Of a stretch of DNA of 64,000 nt, positions 1 through 12,339 are shown one piece after another. Numbering within the stretch: position 1 is the stretch's first letter; every line of letters begins with the position of its first letter. The DNA is from Leptogorgia sarmentosa (lineage: Eukaryota), in the NCBI GenBank assembly GCA_964658305.1, contig OZ210885.1:3720001-3784000 (forward strand), read 5' to 3'. The translations under genes and the position numbers were made by a program. The notes below the pieces were generated by a model. That model worked only from the letters and a program-made list of their open reading frames with translations. It searched no databases and was not told the DNA's origin.

Positions 1-323
1 GAATTTATCCACCGAACTTTAACTACTGGATTTATCATCGTTTTCAATTCAGTCACGCAACGCAATAAAATTTGACAATGGCAATATAAAAACGTCGTGG
101 TATCAGGAAACGCAACGGCGTAGTATAAAAGGCGTGATTTTCCCATCGTTGTGAAATTAATCCGGCATTAAACGCAATCCAGTATAGTGGGCACACAAAA
201 TTTTCGCCTTGGTATTATTATGAAAACAATATTGTTCATTGTATGCACTCTTAGTATAATGGACCTTTTAGACCAAGTTTTAAAACAATTTGAAATAAGA
301 GCATCCTAAGTTTAGGAAAATTG

Positions 324-557
324 CAAAGTTTGGTCGCAAAATGTTTTAAAGTAAAGAAAATATGACCTTGTGAAGTTGGCAATTTTTGTATATTTTAGCA
401 TTATGCGCGGAGAAACGTTACCCCGTTCGAAAAAATTGTATTACATTTTCGCGCTCGGGGTAACGTTTCTCCGCGCGTAATACAAAAAATATACAAAAAT
501 TGCCAACTTCACAAGGTCATATTTTCTTTACTTTACAACATTTTGCGACCAAATTTG
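324..557. repeat. Foldback inverted repeat (MITE-like), about 100-bp arms
   Basis: The arm caaagtttggtcgcaaaatg...ggagaaacgttacccc (324-424) is mirrored by ggggtaacgtttctcc...cattttgcgaccaaatttg (457-557). Confidence 0.8.
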
Positions 558-820
558 ATTATTACGCGATAATCACCTAAACGATTTACAAAATGGCAGC
601 CGAAGCCTTTTTGTAAATTAAATGACGAAGAAATGTGTATTTTCTTATTTTTCCCCAAATAATCACTTATGAAATTATACTAAAACAGTTATTCACCACA
701 GGCTCGGTGATTATCGTGTATAAAAAACTCGATTTCGTCTCGGTTTTTATTCACCGATAATCACCTCGCCTTCGGCGAATAGTTGTTAAATAATAATTAT
801 ACGCATTTATAACTTAACCT

Positions 821-1297
821 CATGGGCGTACGGGCCGGGGGGGGGGGCACGGGAGGGCCTGTGCCCCCCCCAAACCGTTCACGGTCGGGCAATTGAGCTC
901 GAATCGTTCGGGCAAACATAACTCCATCATAGTTGATAGAATATTAACTTTATTAGACAATATAACATCAACAATACGATGAAAATTATTATCCTCTAAA
1001 ACATCCTATATGAAGTATTCTAATTCCAAAGCTCAAGTATTTCAGATCAAATATGTATTACATAACGAAAGAGGTATAATATGACACCTTGAAAATACCA
1101 TTTCCGACGATCTAGAGACCCATAATATTTAAAATTTTCTCGCTCGGCGCCAACCATGGTGGCGCCTCGTGAGCTTCGCCCTCCCTCTTATCTGTCACCT
1201 TCCCCCCCCCCCCCCCCACTTCAAATGTCGTTCCACAGGTCCTGTCGAGCAAACAACAATGTGCGCCCCCAAACAAGATAGGGCCCATACGCCCATG
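821..1297. mobile_element. Non-autonomous hAT-like MITE
   Basis: TIRs are catgggcgtacgggcc / gggcccatacgcccatg, with G/C-run subterminal tracts. The flanks (acttaacct / cctaaacct) are only a degenerate TSD. Confidence 0.65.
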
Positions 1298-2263
1298 CCT
1301 AAACCTAAGTCGTATATTGCGATCCTGATTTAAGAAGAAGCGGGCTTTTTAGCTTGTTTTATGCACCTGTAATGACAAATTAAACTAGACTTCCTTGCCT
1401 TGCAATGCCATGCAGGTACTTCTTTGTTTTCAAACAGCAAAATTATAAACTATATATAACGAACTGAATATTTATGTTGAATGAATATATCGACAAAACA
1501 ACGGCTATCAAACACATTTACATGAAGTTTAAATTCTTATTTTATCTCATGACTATCGCTTTAACTGTTCAGTATTGTATTAGATTAAAGTATTGTTCAG
1601 CATTGTATTAAATTCCTGTCAAAGTTGTTTTTGGTAATTTTTTAATGAACTAAATCAAATCACTTTATATATATTAATTACATTCATCATTCACAGTTAA
1701 AAGGTATACACCTTTAAAATCAAAGATTGTTCGCATCTATAACTTACTAATGTCTTTTATTTCCTCTAAAACGACTGACAATGACCAAGCAATTATTAAA
1801 TGTGGTTATGCTTGTGTCTATATACACTTACTGAATATAACAGCCGTTCCTAGTGTGATTCAAAGGAAAAAAATGAAATTTAGCACTATTAGTGGCAACA
1901 GTTGACGAAATAATTTTAGTACAAAAGGCTGCACAAGTAAAGTAGAAACAAGTGAGATGTCATGGCAACCACATAAACGTTTCAAAATATTTGCTTGGGT
2001 GCACTTATTAACCGCTGCGGCATCATTTCATTTCGTCGAATCACTCCGTCGAATTTATCCTTCTTTTTGCTACCATTTGAAGCACAGTCAAAACGACATT
2101 AAACTATAAAGTACACTACAATATATAGACTTAATTTCAGATATTGTGAATATAATGTTACACTTTTTCCAACTGTTCACAGTCAGTTCTAAAATTGTAT
2201 CTGCTCTCGCAATAGCGCAAGACTGAAAAGTTTCACGGGCAATAGAAACGATTGGGGGAAAGT

Positions 2264-3157
2264 TTATTGATCAGGCTGGGATTCGACCCCTCGCCATATC
2301 TTCATGCTTTTCAAAACTTTCAATCCTTCGGTACGTAAAACTTGGGTCTTGCAGAAAAAGATTAAACAGTTCAATGTAGAATTCATCGAAATTGCCCTTA
2401 TACCCCAGTATGTTGCCAAGGTCGAAATGCCCAAAGTAAACGTTGTATCTCTCAAACTCATCTTTACTCCAACATACACTAACCACGGAATGCATAACGT
2501 CACATAACAAGCGACTGCCAGCAAACAACTTGAAATATTTTTTAACGAAAACGACTTTTTCGCCTTGGGTGATACTCGGTTACCTCTGCGATTTTTTCTG
2601 ACTACTAAAAGTAGTTTATAGTTGAGGAATAACATTGGAGGAGAGACGAGAACAAAAAAAAACAGAACATGCGTTTGGTACGAAAGGACAAAGCCGTCAA
2701 CAGATATCGATATCGCTGTCAGATGAAAAGGTATCTCGATGATCACCATTATTGCAAAAAGAGTCAGAAGTCTTTTCTTCGTTATTGATGTTCGATGGAA
2801 GAGAGGATAAGATGTCGCCAAATATCGATCAAAATTCATCACCAAAAGAGCGAACAAAGGAAAAGCAAGAAAAATATCTGTCGACCTTAGCGCGATATCA
2901 GGCCATCTAGCATTTACATTCAATTTTCCAGTGATCAACGACAACGCAATTACAGCCATCAATGGAGGATTGGTTAAAACAGCAAGCAGATCGCAACAAG
3001 ACAACACCATTATCATGAAATGACATAATTTCTTTCGAAGCTGTACCGATCTCTAGAAACTGATTATAACCACGGAGTTTAAATATATTCCTGAGAAACA
3101 GAAGAATACGTTTAAGACGAATATGAATATCAGGTTGATGAAGTAAACAGATTCCAT
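2264..3157 (-). pseudogene. Intronless class A (rhodopsin-like) GPCR with a nonsense codon at codon 35
   Basis: ATG at 3157 reads [34 protein letters not shown], then TAG (3053-3055), then RSVQLRKKLCHF, in frame with ORF 2264..3016. That ORF has LSCCD (TM2), DRY (TM3) and NSTLNCLIFF (TM7). Confidence 0.85.
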
Positions 3158-3918
3158 CTTGAAGCGACTTCTCAGACGAGATAAACGTTAAAATAAAATG
3201 ACACCGTTGCTAAGAAGACAAATCAGTTGAAATGAGTAAGATTGATTATTACATGGCAAGAATTTGTTTTGCCAAATGGCGCAATCTGATTGGTTGTGGA
3301 CGGGGCACGATTTTCCCTTATTGCCCAAGGGCAATACGCAATATTGCCCTGTGACAAAAACGTTTAATTTAATGAACTTCTATTTATTAAAGTAGAAAAG
3401 TGTTAGAAGGAGCGACGAGGAAATTCTTAGAGCGAGTTTTGTTACCCAGAGGTTGAAAATGAAGGATACGAAACAGCTTTTTTTGTTAGTTTAACCAAGT
3501 ACAGTTGAACGACTCCCGTTTGATATTTTCCAATTAAGTTATTATTATTGTCCAAGTAGAGTTGCTAAGAATACAAATCAATTGAAATGACTTGGATTGA
3601 ATGGAGTTTCTACAATATCACAAAATTATAGAACAGATGGCCGCGGGCATGTTGCGCAATGGCAATACGCGAAAAGCATCGAAAAAGCGAGGCAGTAGTC
3701 GAATATTATAAATATACGTTGAATTTTCTCAATAGAAAAATTCAGTCCAAAATGCATTGGTACACGATGATACTGGTTGAAGAGAACCGGGCATTTCGAT
3801 TGACGCGATTGGTCATGTTTTTATTAAAGACTCCAGTTTTTTTTACAAATTCATTACGAGAAGATGGTGTTGACGTATTCAGTTATATTAGACGAAAAAA
3901 ATATACTGTAGGAATATA

Positions 3919-4561
3919 CCGGGTGGCGCAGAAAACATTTTACGAGTTTGATTTAGTAAAGTGAAGAAAGCATAAGCGCTACATCGTTCAACTGTAACTC
4001 TATTCATAAAAGCCTAACTTAAATTTTGAGCTACAACATGTTTATTTACGCACAAAAATGACTGAATTATGACTAAATCAAATTTGGAACGAGTTTTGGT
4101 AAATGTAAAAATAGTGCTAAAAATGGTCTATTCAAATTGATAGTCAAACATATAGTCGCTTGTATGAATTCAGTTTGATTAAAAACGTTGTTACGAAGCT
4201 TTCTCTAAATATTTATTTGTTTTATTATTATTGAAAAAGCAACAAAATTTCGAAAAAGGTAAATTTTGTCCCTTGGGAAATTGTCCTTTGGGAAATTGAA
4301 TTTAGCTCGCACTTGCGACGAAGAATTTCGAACGAATTTAAGCTTTCTGCTTGTAAACAACGTTGTTTTAACCATTCAACAACGAGTTTGGGTTTGTTTA
4401 CAATATGCTACTGTAAAAAATACTTTACGAAAATACATGTATTATACATCAAAATTTAAGTTAGGCTTTTATGAATTCAGCTACATATTTGAACGATGTA
4501 GCACTTATGCTTTCTTCACTTTACTAAATCAAACGCGTAAACTTTTTTCTGCGCCACCTGG
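3919..4561. mobile_element. Non-autonomous Tc1/mariner-like element
   Basis: Long imperfect TIRs (ccgggtggcgcagaaaa...gctacatcgttcaa / ttgaacgatgtagc...ttctgcgccacctgg) are flanked by TA on both sides. Confidence 0.8.
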
Positions 4562-5651
4562 TATAGAAATAAAATTTAGTATATACAAGCGAGGCGTTAT
4601 AAGATTAGCATATACGATCGCAAAATTAAAAAATGACAAGACAAAATTTAGTTTTCGTGATTTCATATGTATTTCTTGAGATAAAGAGTTAAGTGTTTCG
4701 TTCCTATGAAACAGGCAATGCGGTAATAATTAATAAAACGCTAGAATTAAGCGTCGGTTTTTAAAGGTGGGTTACAGTCCCTTCTGCGCATGTGCGCTGA
4801 GTTATGAGTAGGCTACTCATGTTACAATCATAACAAGTTCCCAGTCCTACAGAGTAATAACAACACGCGCGGCTGCCTAAATGTTTTCACAGTCGTGGGC
4901 TGCAAGGAGCGATGTCTGATCCAGGCGCGTCAAGTTCCGCAAAAACCCCTTCAAATACTATGCGTTGTTGCATATCTGACGCTAGAAAGGTATATGACAA
5001 GAAAAGAGACGCATCTTTCGAGAGGTGGAGAGCGTTCAAACAAGAACGCAGCCTGAAGACTGACCAGAATGTGGCAGATTTTCTGCTGGATCATTTAATA
5101 CGCACGGAGAAACACGTTATGGTGAGTGTGTTGATAATATCACTAAACCTTCGACCTTTTATGATGATTTTACGCTTTTGGCCTTTGTCTTCACAACAAC
5201 AATCAACCCCTATTTGCAATTCATATATTTTGCTAAAAAGCTTTAACGAATATTGAATAAGTTTTGGGGTATTCTTACAAATACAAATTGACATGTAATG
5301 ACTTGGGGGCGAAACGACTGGATTCCACACCGAATACATATAAAATATGTAAAGGGAAGTACATTAAAGCGTAAAATCATCATAAAAGGTCAAAGGTTTA
5401 GTTATATTATCAACACACTCACCATAACGTGTTTCTGCGTGCGTAAATTATCGAGCAGAAAATCTGCCACATTCCGGTCAGTCTTCAGGTTGCGTTCTTG
5501 TTTGAACGCTCTCCACGTATCCACGTATCTCGAAAGCATCGAATAAAAATATCTTAGATGCGTCTCTTTTCTTGCGTTTAGTATTTGAAGGGTTTTTCTG
5601 CGGAACTTGACGAGCCTGGATCACCCATCTCTCCTTGCAGCCCACGACAGT

Positions 5652-6298
5652 CATAGGCGTACGAGGGGGTGGGGCTGGGGGGGCTGCAGCCCCCCCAAAT
5701 TTTTTGAGAATTCATCTATTCGGGCAAAAATTGTCTTGTCATTCGGGCAGCGACGGTCTGGTGATTAGATAAAAATGTTGTTACGCTAGTAACTTTCTCT
5801 TTCCCTGTTTGGCTAGGGACGACCAGTGACGTAGACAAGGGAGGGGGGGGCACGGGGGGCTCAGCCCCCCCAAAAGGCTGAAGGACTGCGCCGTAAAAAG
5901 ATGAAATCCGGGTAGAAATTAGGGGGGGACGATGACTACCCATGTGACTACCAATGTCAATCCAAACATTTTCACAAATCTCACCCCAGAAACACGCTAA
6001 ATCGCCATTGATGGACTCCAGATTTCAAAATTTTCCCGGGGGAGAATCCCCCCGGACCCCCCTAGATGCCATCGCGCCTTCCCCGTTTGCTTCGCCCCCC
6101 CCCCAAAAAAAAGGAAGGTCTGGCTACGCCACTGGGGACGACATATTTCTCTTTATATCAATTTTCAAAGGAAAGCTTTTCATTTATAGTATTCTCAGAT
6201 TATATAATATTATGATGACGTCACGAAATCTATGACGTCATGTAATTCGGGCAAATTCAGCCCAGCCCCCCCAAAAAAAATGTGCCCGTACGCCTATG
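5652..6298. mobile_element. hAT-like MITE nested in the right arm of the Kolobok-like element
   Basis: TIRs are cataggcgtacg / cgtacgcctatg, with a perfect 8-bp TSD acgacagt (5644-5651, 6299-6306). Confidence 0.9.
5824..6134. mobile_element. hAT-like MITE nested inside the previous MITE
   Basis: TIRs are cagtgacgtagac / ggctacgccactg, with a perfect 8-bp TSD gggacgac (5816-5823, 6135-6142). Confidence 0.9.
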
Positions 6299-6894
6299 AC
6301 GACAGTGAAAACATTAGGCGGCCGCGCGTGTTGTTATTACTCTGTAGGACTGGGAACTTGTTATGATTGTAACATGAGTAGCCTACTCATAACAAACTCA
6401 GCGCACATGCGCAGAAGGGACTTAACCCACCTTTAACTTTATTATATCCCAAACGAGTTTTAAAAATTGATACGTGTATTGACATTGCCGTTCTTGATCC
6501 AAATATATAAACACAAATTGCTGAAATGTTTTTGAAGTGAAGTTACAGGGTTCCAAAGTAAAGCGTATCAGGCCATATCACGGATGTGCCGTCATGCGAG
6601 AACATTTGCTTGTTCCAGTCCATTCCTTCGATTGTCTATGATTGCAATAAACAGAATCCATCTTCCAGCGACTTCTTTGGAAAAATTCAATTAAAAAATA
6701 ACGGTATATCGACAAGAACACACCACATTTCGAGTGATGACTGTAATTTACAGATCTAGAATATTTTTTTAATATCTAAAAATATTTCATTTGTATCGCA
6801 CATTCGTGGTATACAACGTACTTCTATCGCAATTGAATACCGTTGAAGTTTTGGAGACAAGATTATGTAAATGTTCATTTATGACCGCGAACAT

Positions 6895-7130
6895 TTTGGC
6901 GCCATTTTGATATAAAATAAACAATGTTTGATTAGTTATTCAAATCGCTCCAACCAATCAGGGTTCGAGTTTTTTGCGTTTACTGAACAGCCGCTGACCG
7001 TAGCCCACTTTTATGTGTTGCAAAATCAACCAACCCACGAATGGGCATGTTCTCGGAACCAAGAATTTGTTTTTATTAAGTGGAAACACCGGACCATTTT
7101 GGGCCTTTTGGCACTATATTTTGAATGTTG
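6895..7130 (+). promoter_or_regulatory. Putative promoter module upstream of ZNF copy 1
   Basis: Contains ggcgccatttt (YY1-like), ccaatca (CCAAT box) and an aagtggaaacac block. The same module recurs upstream of ZNF copy 2 (partially, about 10635-10740) and copy 3. Confidence 0.4.
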
Positions 7131-7315
7131 TGGTAGTTCAATGGTTGTGGTGTATTGTCTCAAGTTTGGTGAATAATTGCTATTTTCTGTGGTTAACATT
7201 TCTCGGAGAAGAAAGAAATTTTGTACATATATAAAGCAAGGATACAGTGGGTAATATTTTAGTCGAAATCTTACCTTCCATATAAGGGAACAAACAAAAA
7301 TCCCCAAGCTCAACC

Positions 7316-8275
7316 ATGCCAAGGAAAAGTGAGAAGGTTGTAAAAGATGACAGGATCGATACAGCAGAGAAAACGTATAAGTGTGATGTCTGCAAGAAAA
7401 TGTTTCCTAAACGCTGTAGCCTGACAATACATAAAAGAATCCACACTGGGGACAAGCGCTTTGAATGCGATGTCTGTAAGAAAATGTTTACTCAACGTGG
7501 TAGCCTAACAAGGCATAAAAGATCACACACAGGAGAAGAACCTTATGAATGTGATGTCTGCAACAAGAGGTTTAAATACTCTGGTGACTTATCAACACAT
7601 AAAAGGACCCGCACAGGAGAAAAACCTTATGAATGTGATGTCTGCAACAAGAGGTTTAATCACTCTAGTGACTTATCAAGACATAAAAGAACCCACACGG
7701 GAGAGAAACCTTATCAATGTGATGTCTGCAACAAGAGGTTTAATCAATCTGGTGATTTGGCAAGGCATAGAAGAACCCACACAGGAGAAATGCCTTTTCA
7801 ATGTGATGTCTGCAACAAGAGGTTTAATCGCTCTGGTAACTTAGCAAGACATAAAAGGACCCACACAGGAGAGAACCAAAATTTTCAGTGTGCTGTATGC
7901 AAGACAATATTTACAGAGGAAGAAAGTTTGCAACTTCATAAGGAATCACATTTTAAGAATGGTGAGCTTGTATTATGCAGCATTTGTGGCAGAGAAATAA
8001 TCCAATCTGATGTCCAAACACATGGAAATGAGGCTTTGAGTAATGATGATTATGGTTGTGATAAATGTGACGAACAGTTCCCAGATGTTCAAAGTTTAAG
8101 CCAACACAAGAGCAATGACCATGGCATTTTATACAAATGTGATGTTTGTCATGAATTAGAAGCAACAGAAGCAACTGGCATTGGGTATATCTGTTGTATT
8201 TGCGATGTAGAGTTTGAAATTGCAGTTGATGTAGAAAACCACATCAGTGCACAACATCAAGTGGTTAGAGCTTGA
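7316..8275 (+). CDS. Intronless C2H2 zinc-finger protein, copy 1 (319 aa)
   Basis: Six tandem CxxC-x12-HxxxH fingers with TGEKP-type linkers (finger 3 has His replaced by Arg), followed by additional spaced fingers. Confidence 0.92.
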   Translation: MPRKSEKVVKDDRIDTAEKTYKCDVCKKMFPKRCSLTIHKRIHTGDKRFECDVCKKMFTQRGSLTRHKRSHTGEEPYECDVCNKRFKYSGDLSTHKRTRTGEKPYECDVCNKRFNHSSDLSRHKRTHTGEKPYQCDVCNKRFNQSGDLARHRRTHTGEMPFQCDVCNKRFNRSGNLARHKRTHTGENQNFQCAVCKTIFTEEESLQLHKESHFKNGELVLCSICGREIIQSDVQTHGNEALSNDDYGCDKCDEQFPDVQSLSQHKSNDHGILYKCDVCHELEATEATGIGYICCICDVEFEIAVDVENHISAQHQVVRA

Positions 8276-9026
8276 AAAGTGATCTGCGACAAACAAAATT
8301 GTAAATAGGCTTATGACGTTGGGTATTAGAAACAAAGCCAGAATTTTGACTTTGATTTGAGCAATATTAGGTAGACATGTTAATATGTGGTGTGTCGCAC
8401 AATTTAAGGCGATGCTCCTCTGCATATAAATTGTTTCATTTGGGATTGTTTGATATTTTTTTTATTGTTGTTGGATGTTGTTTCAATAAATTGTAAATAT
8501 TATTACATCAGAAACAATGTTTTTCTCATGACTGAGACCTATTTCAGTGGTTGTTGAACTTTCAACGTGTCAAACGGTGATAGAAATGCAATCAAAACAA
8601 ACATTTAGCTCATTACCATTAGATTCGAATCACGAAAAGTTCAACGTCCGAACTTGGCCATAGGGCGACAAAATTAATTGAGCAACGAAAACGTTTTGTG
8701 AACTGAAGAGCTTTCAGTGTCTTACAATAAGTAAGAAGGGAAACAATTTCTGGTTTCAAGCTTTTAAAAATACTGTATATTTGATCAACTGTGATAATAA
8801 GAAAATATAGAAACAAATTTCTACGTAATAGTAACTGATCACTTGGAGTGATTGTTCTAGCAAAAGCATTTCAGCATTAACTTAAAACAAGAATAATGAT
8901 TTTCTTGTTCCAAGAAATTTACTTACAATTAATAATGAATTTGTTTTTGGACAAAAATTTACTAGAAATAACAAGTTGGTTTTTCCCCAGAAATTTCCCG
9001 AAGTGGAAGTCAAATCCGTTCTGCCC

Positions 9027-10207
9027 ATTGAACTAAAATATATGGAATGCTACCTGTGAAGGAACATGCCTGAACTTGCCTGAAGCCAAATTTTACCTCC
9101 AGACACGCGTGTCTGGAGGTAAATTCGTGGGTTACTCGCGCGCTAACGCGTTTTTTGCGTGGTGCCGAAAAGGCAGCTGCCATGTGTTGTTTTAGGTTTT
9201 CGAAGTTAAGCGGTTGAATTTTCATTAAAAAAAGTACAAATCACATCTTTTCATACGTCTATCCGATTGGTAAATGAGGGAAATAAAAGAAGACATTTTT
9301 GTTTAACCCAAATATGTACACAAACGATATGGATCAGAGATTTTCAGAGATTCAAGACTGGCATAGCCAAATGAAGTTGTAAAATTGAATCACATCGTGG
9401 TCTTTTTTCTGGAAGCAAAATTTCGTGCTAAGATATAATCAATTGAAGGTTTGCAGCACAAACGACTGTACTTGTCAGCTTGCCATGGCTTTTTATTGAT
9501 CTTTTGAACATGATTCTCCCAAGCATTTTTTTGAAAGGAAATCTACAACAATTCTGAAATTTGCAATTTTAGCTTTCTTCACTTTTCTCTCTTTCTGCTT
9601 GCCTTATTCATTTGATCTTTTATGATGTGTATATGAAAAATAGGCTTGATTTTTGTTTTACTTTCTTCAAAGCATGTAGTATCACATTTTGTAAATGGAT
9701 TTTGTTTTTGTACTTCTTTCAACTCGACTCGTTCGGTAGCTGAAGTTTTAGTAAAGCTTTAACAAAACATAAACAAATGCCCATGAAATGTAATAGTATC
9801 TGCAGAGGAATCCACGTATTACACAAGTGCTCATACGAGCGGTTATTATTGCGTATGAATATAGGTCAAAAGTACATACAAAAATAGACAGAGTACGATT
9901 TTTATTTTTCGCACTCAACCCTGAAAAAAACAACGTTTTATCGTTATTGATTGTTTTCCAGCTTCATCTGGCTTTAAAAAACAAGAAAAAATTAGCTTAG
10001 TGTAAATTCCGAAAGAAACTAGGCATACTATTCGTGAATTTTGTTAAAAAAGACGAACTTTATAAAAAAAAAGTCCGTTCGGCAGCGACATGATTGATAT
10101 TTGTGTTTTGGCCGCGCTCATCTGTCGCGAGAGAAGACTTGGTTCTAACCGGAAATCTCGGCTTCAATTTCCGGCCGGAGTTAGCATTCCATATATTTTA
10201 GTTCAAT
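9027..10207. mobile_element. About 1.2-kb TIR element of unknown superfamily between ZNF copies 1 and 2
   Basis: A perfect 26-bp inverted repeat attgaactaaaatatatggaatgcta / tagcattccatatattttagttcaat bounds it. No clear TSD and no long ORF. Confidence 0.6.
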
Positions 10208-10822
10208 CAGACATCAGTGGTTCTGCCCAATGCGCAGCGGTTCTGTGCATAACAAAGGTAAGTCCTGAAATTTAAAAGTTAATGTCGAAATTTCGCACTT
10301 TTCACACTTTTTCTCAATTCAACCTCTGGTTTATATTCCTTTATGAGCATGTGCAAACAAAAACAGTGTTAGTTAGATTACCATATTCTAATTTTGCAGT
10401 TCAAAGCTTTCGTTTACAACACCGAGTAGACTTCCACTTTAATATTTTGTAATGTTCTTAGTAAAACAAAATCTTTTTGAACTACGTATTATTACATTTG
10501 GAATTTATATTTGCTACACCAGTATTACACACACAGTATTTTCAAACTTCGCAGCATTGCCTTCCCCAGTTCCCTTAATTCTATTTGTTGCGAAATAAAA
10601 CGGCGCATAATTTGATAATCGAGAATTTCTTGATTTTAAGTGGAAACACGCGGCAATTTTTCGGCCATATTTTCAATGTTTATATGGTTGACTATATTGC
10701 CTCAACTTGGTCGATAATTTGCTTTTTTCTGTGATTAAACTTTGTTAAAGAGGGAAACGTTTTAATACATCTACTAAAGGAAGATCCAAGGATACGGTGG
10801 GTGACAAAAGTCGCAAGCAGAA

Positions 10823-11770
10823 ATGCCTAGGAAAAGTGAGAAGGTTGTAAAAGATGACAGGATCGATACAGAAGAGAAACCTTATCAGTATGATGTCTGT
10901 AAGAAAATGTTTACTCAACGTCGTAGCCTAACAAGACATAAAAGAATACACACAGGAGAGATGCCTTTTGAATGTGATGTTTGCAACAAGAGGTTTAATC
11001 GATCTGGTGATTTGGCAAGGCATAAAACAACCCACACAGGAGAAAAACCTTATGAATGTGATGTTTGCAACAAGAGGTTTAATCAGTCTGGTAGCTTATC
11101 AAGACATAAAAGAACCCACACGGGAGAGAAACCTTATGAATGTGATGTCTGCAACAAGAGGTTTAATCACTCTAGTGACTTATCAAGACATAAAAGAACC
11201 CACACGGGAGAGAAACCTTATGAATGTGACGTCTGCAACAAGAGGTTTAATCGCTCGGGTAACTTATCAACACATAAAAGGACCCACACAGGAGAAAAAC
11301 CTTATGAATGTGATGTCTGCAACAAGAGGTTTAATCACTCTAGTGACTTATCAAGACATAAAAGAACCCACACAGGAGAGAACCAAAATTTTCAGTGTGC
11401 TGTATGCAAGACAATATTTACAGAGGAAGAAAGTTTGCAACTTCATAAGGAATCACATTTTAAGAATGGTGAGCTTGTATTATGCAGCATTTGTGGCAGA
11501 GAAATAATCCAATCTGATGTCCAAACACATGGAAATGAGGCTTTGAGTAATGATGATTATGAGTGTGATAAATGCGACAAACAGTTCCCTAATGTTCAAA
11601 GTTTAAGCCAACACAAGAGCAATGAGCATGGCATTTTATACAAATGTGATGTGTGTCATGAATTAGAAGCAACAGAAGCAACTGGCATTGGATATATCTG
11701 TTGTATTTGCGATGCAGAATTTGAAATTGCAGTTGATCTCGAAAACCACTTCAATACACATAATTATTGA
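10823..11770 (+). CDS. Intronless C2H2 zinc-finger protein, copy 2 (315 aa)
   Basis: It has the same N-terminus (MPRKSEKVVKDDRIDT) and a nearly identical C-terminal half to copy 1. There are six tandem fingers, the first with Cys replaced by Tyr. Confidence 0.92.
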   Translation: MPRKSEKVVKDDRIDTEEKPYQYDVCKKMFTQRRSLTRHKRIHTGEMPFECDVCNKRFNRSGDLARHKTTHTGEKPYECDVCNKRFNQSGSLSRHKRTHTGEKPYECDVCNKRFNHSSDLSRHKRTHTGEKPYECDVCNKRFNRSGNLSTHKRTHTGEKPYECDVCNKRFNHSSDLSRHKRTHTGENQNFQCAVCKTIFTEEESLQLHKESHFKNGELVLCSICGREIIQSDVQTHGNEALSNDDYECDKCDKQFPNVQSLSQHKSNEHGILYKCDVCHELEATEATGIGYICCICDAEFEIAVDLENHFNTHNY

Positions 11771-11840
11771 CAGTTTCTGCCTTGAAACTTGTGGTTAAGC
11801 AAACATGTTTATATTTATGACTTGTACATTGGTTGCCATT

Positions 11841-12339
11841 ATCTGAATATGAATATTAGTGCCCAGCAAGCGATTTTTAATGCATACATATTAAAACCAT
11901 CCAGTTTTGTATAAAATTTATTGCTAACGTTTCGTTGCTACATTAATACGCGTTGGAATCTTGAAGTTGTCTATTGGAAACTTTGAAGTTCAGGAACGTT
12001 GGAATAACTGAACTAATTTTGCATTCTTTTAAAAACTCAAGATCGAGCTTCGCCTTACGCAGTTTGTAGTCCAAACGCTGAAATTTTCTAAAGGCAGGCA
12101 GCGATCCATTTTCTTATGAATCTTAAATCCATTTTCTTTCTTATTTTTTTAAAAAATGCAAAATTAGTTCAGTTATTCCAACGTTCCTGAACTTCAAAGT
12201 TTCCAATAGACAACTTCAAGATTCCAACGCGTATTAATGTTGCAACGAAACGTTAGCAATAAATTTTATACAAAACTGGATGGTTTTAATATGTATGCAT
12301 TAAAAATCGCTTGCTGGGCACTAATATTCATATTCAGAT
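11841..12339. repeat. Near-perfect long inverted repeat (about 190-bp arms, about 110-bp spacer)
   Basis: atctgaatatgaatattagtgcccagc...aattttgcatt is mirrored by aatgcaaaatt...gctgggcactaatattcatattcagat. Confidence 0.9.

Larger units (their letters stand above)
4765..6432. mobile_element. Palindromic non-autonomous Kolobok-like element containing nested insertions
   Basis: TTAA lies on both sides (4761-4764, 6433-6436) and the termini are AGGTGGG...CCCACCT. The inverted arms are about 400 bp. TTAA with purine-purine termini fits Kolobok rather than piggyBac (CCY termini). Confidence 0.75.

Noticed and set aside
4765..6432. piggyBac assignment for the TTAA-flanked element
   Set aside because: The termini are AGG...CCT rather than the CCY...RGG of piggyBac.
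10968..11507. 179-aa alternative-frame ORF (also 7545..7844)
   Set aside because: Shadow frame of the repetitive zinc-finger array.
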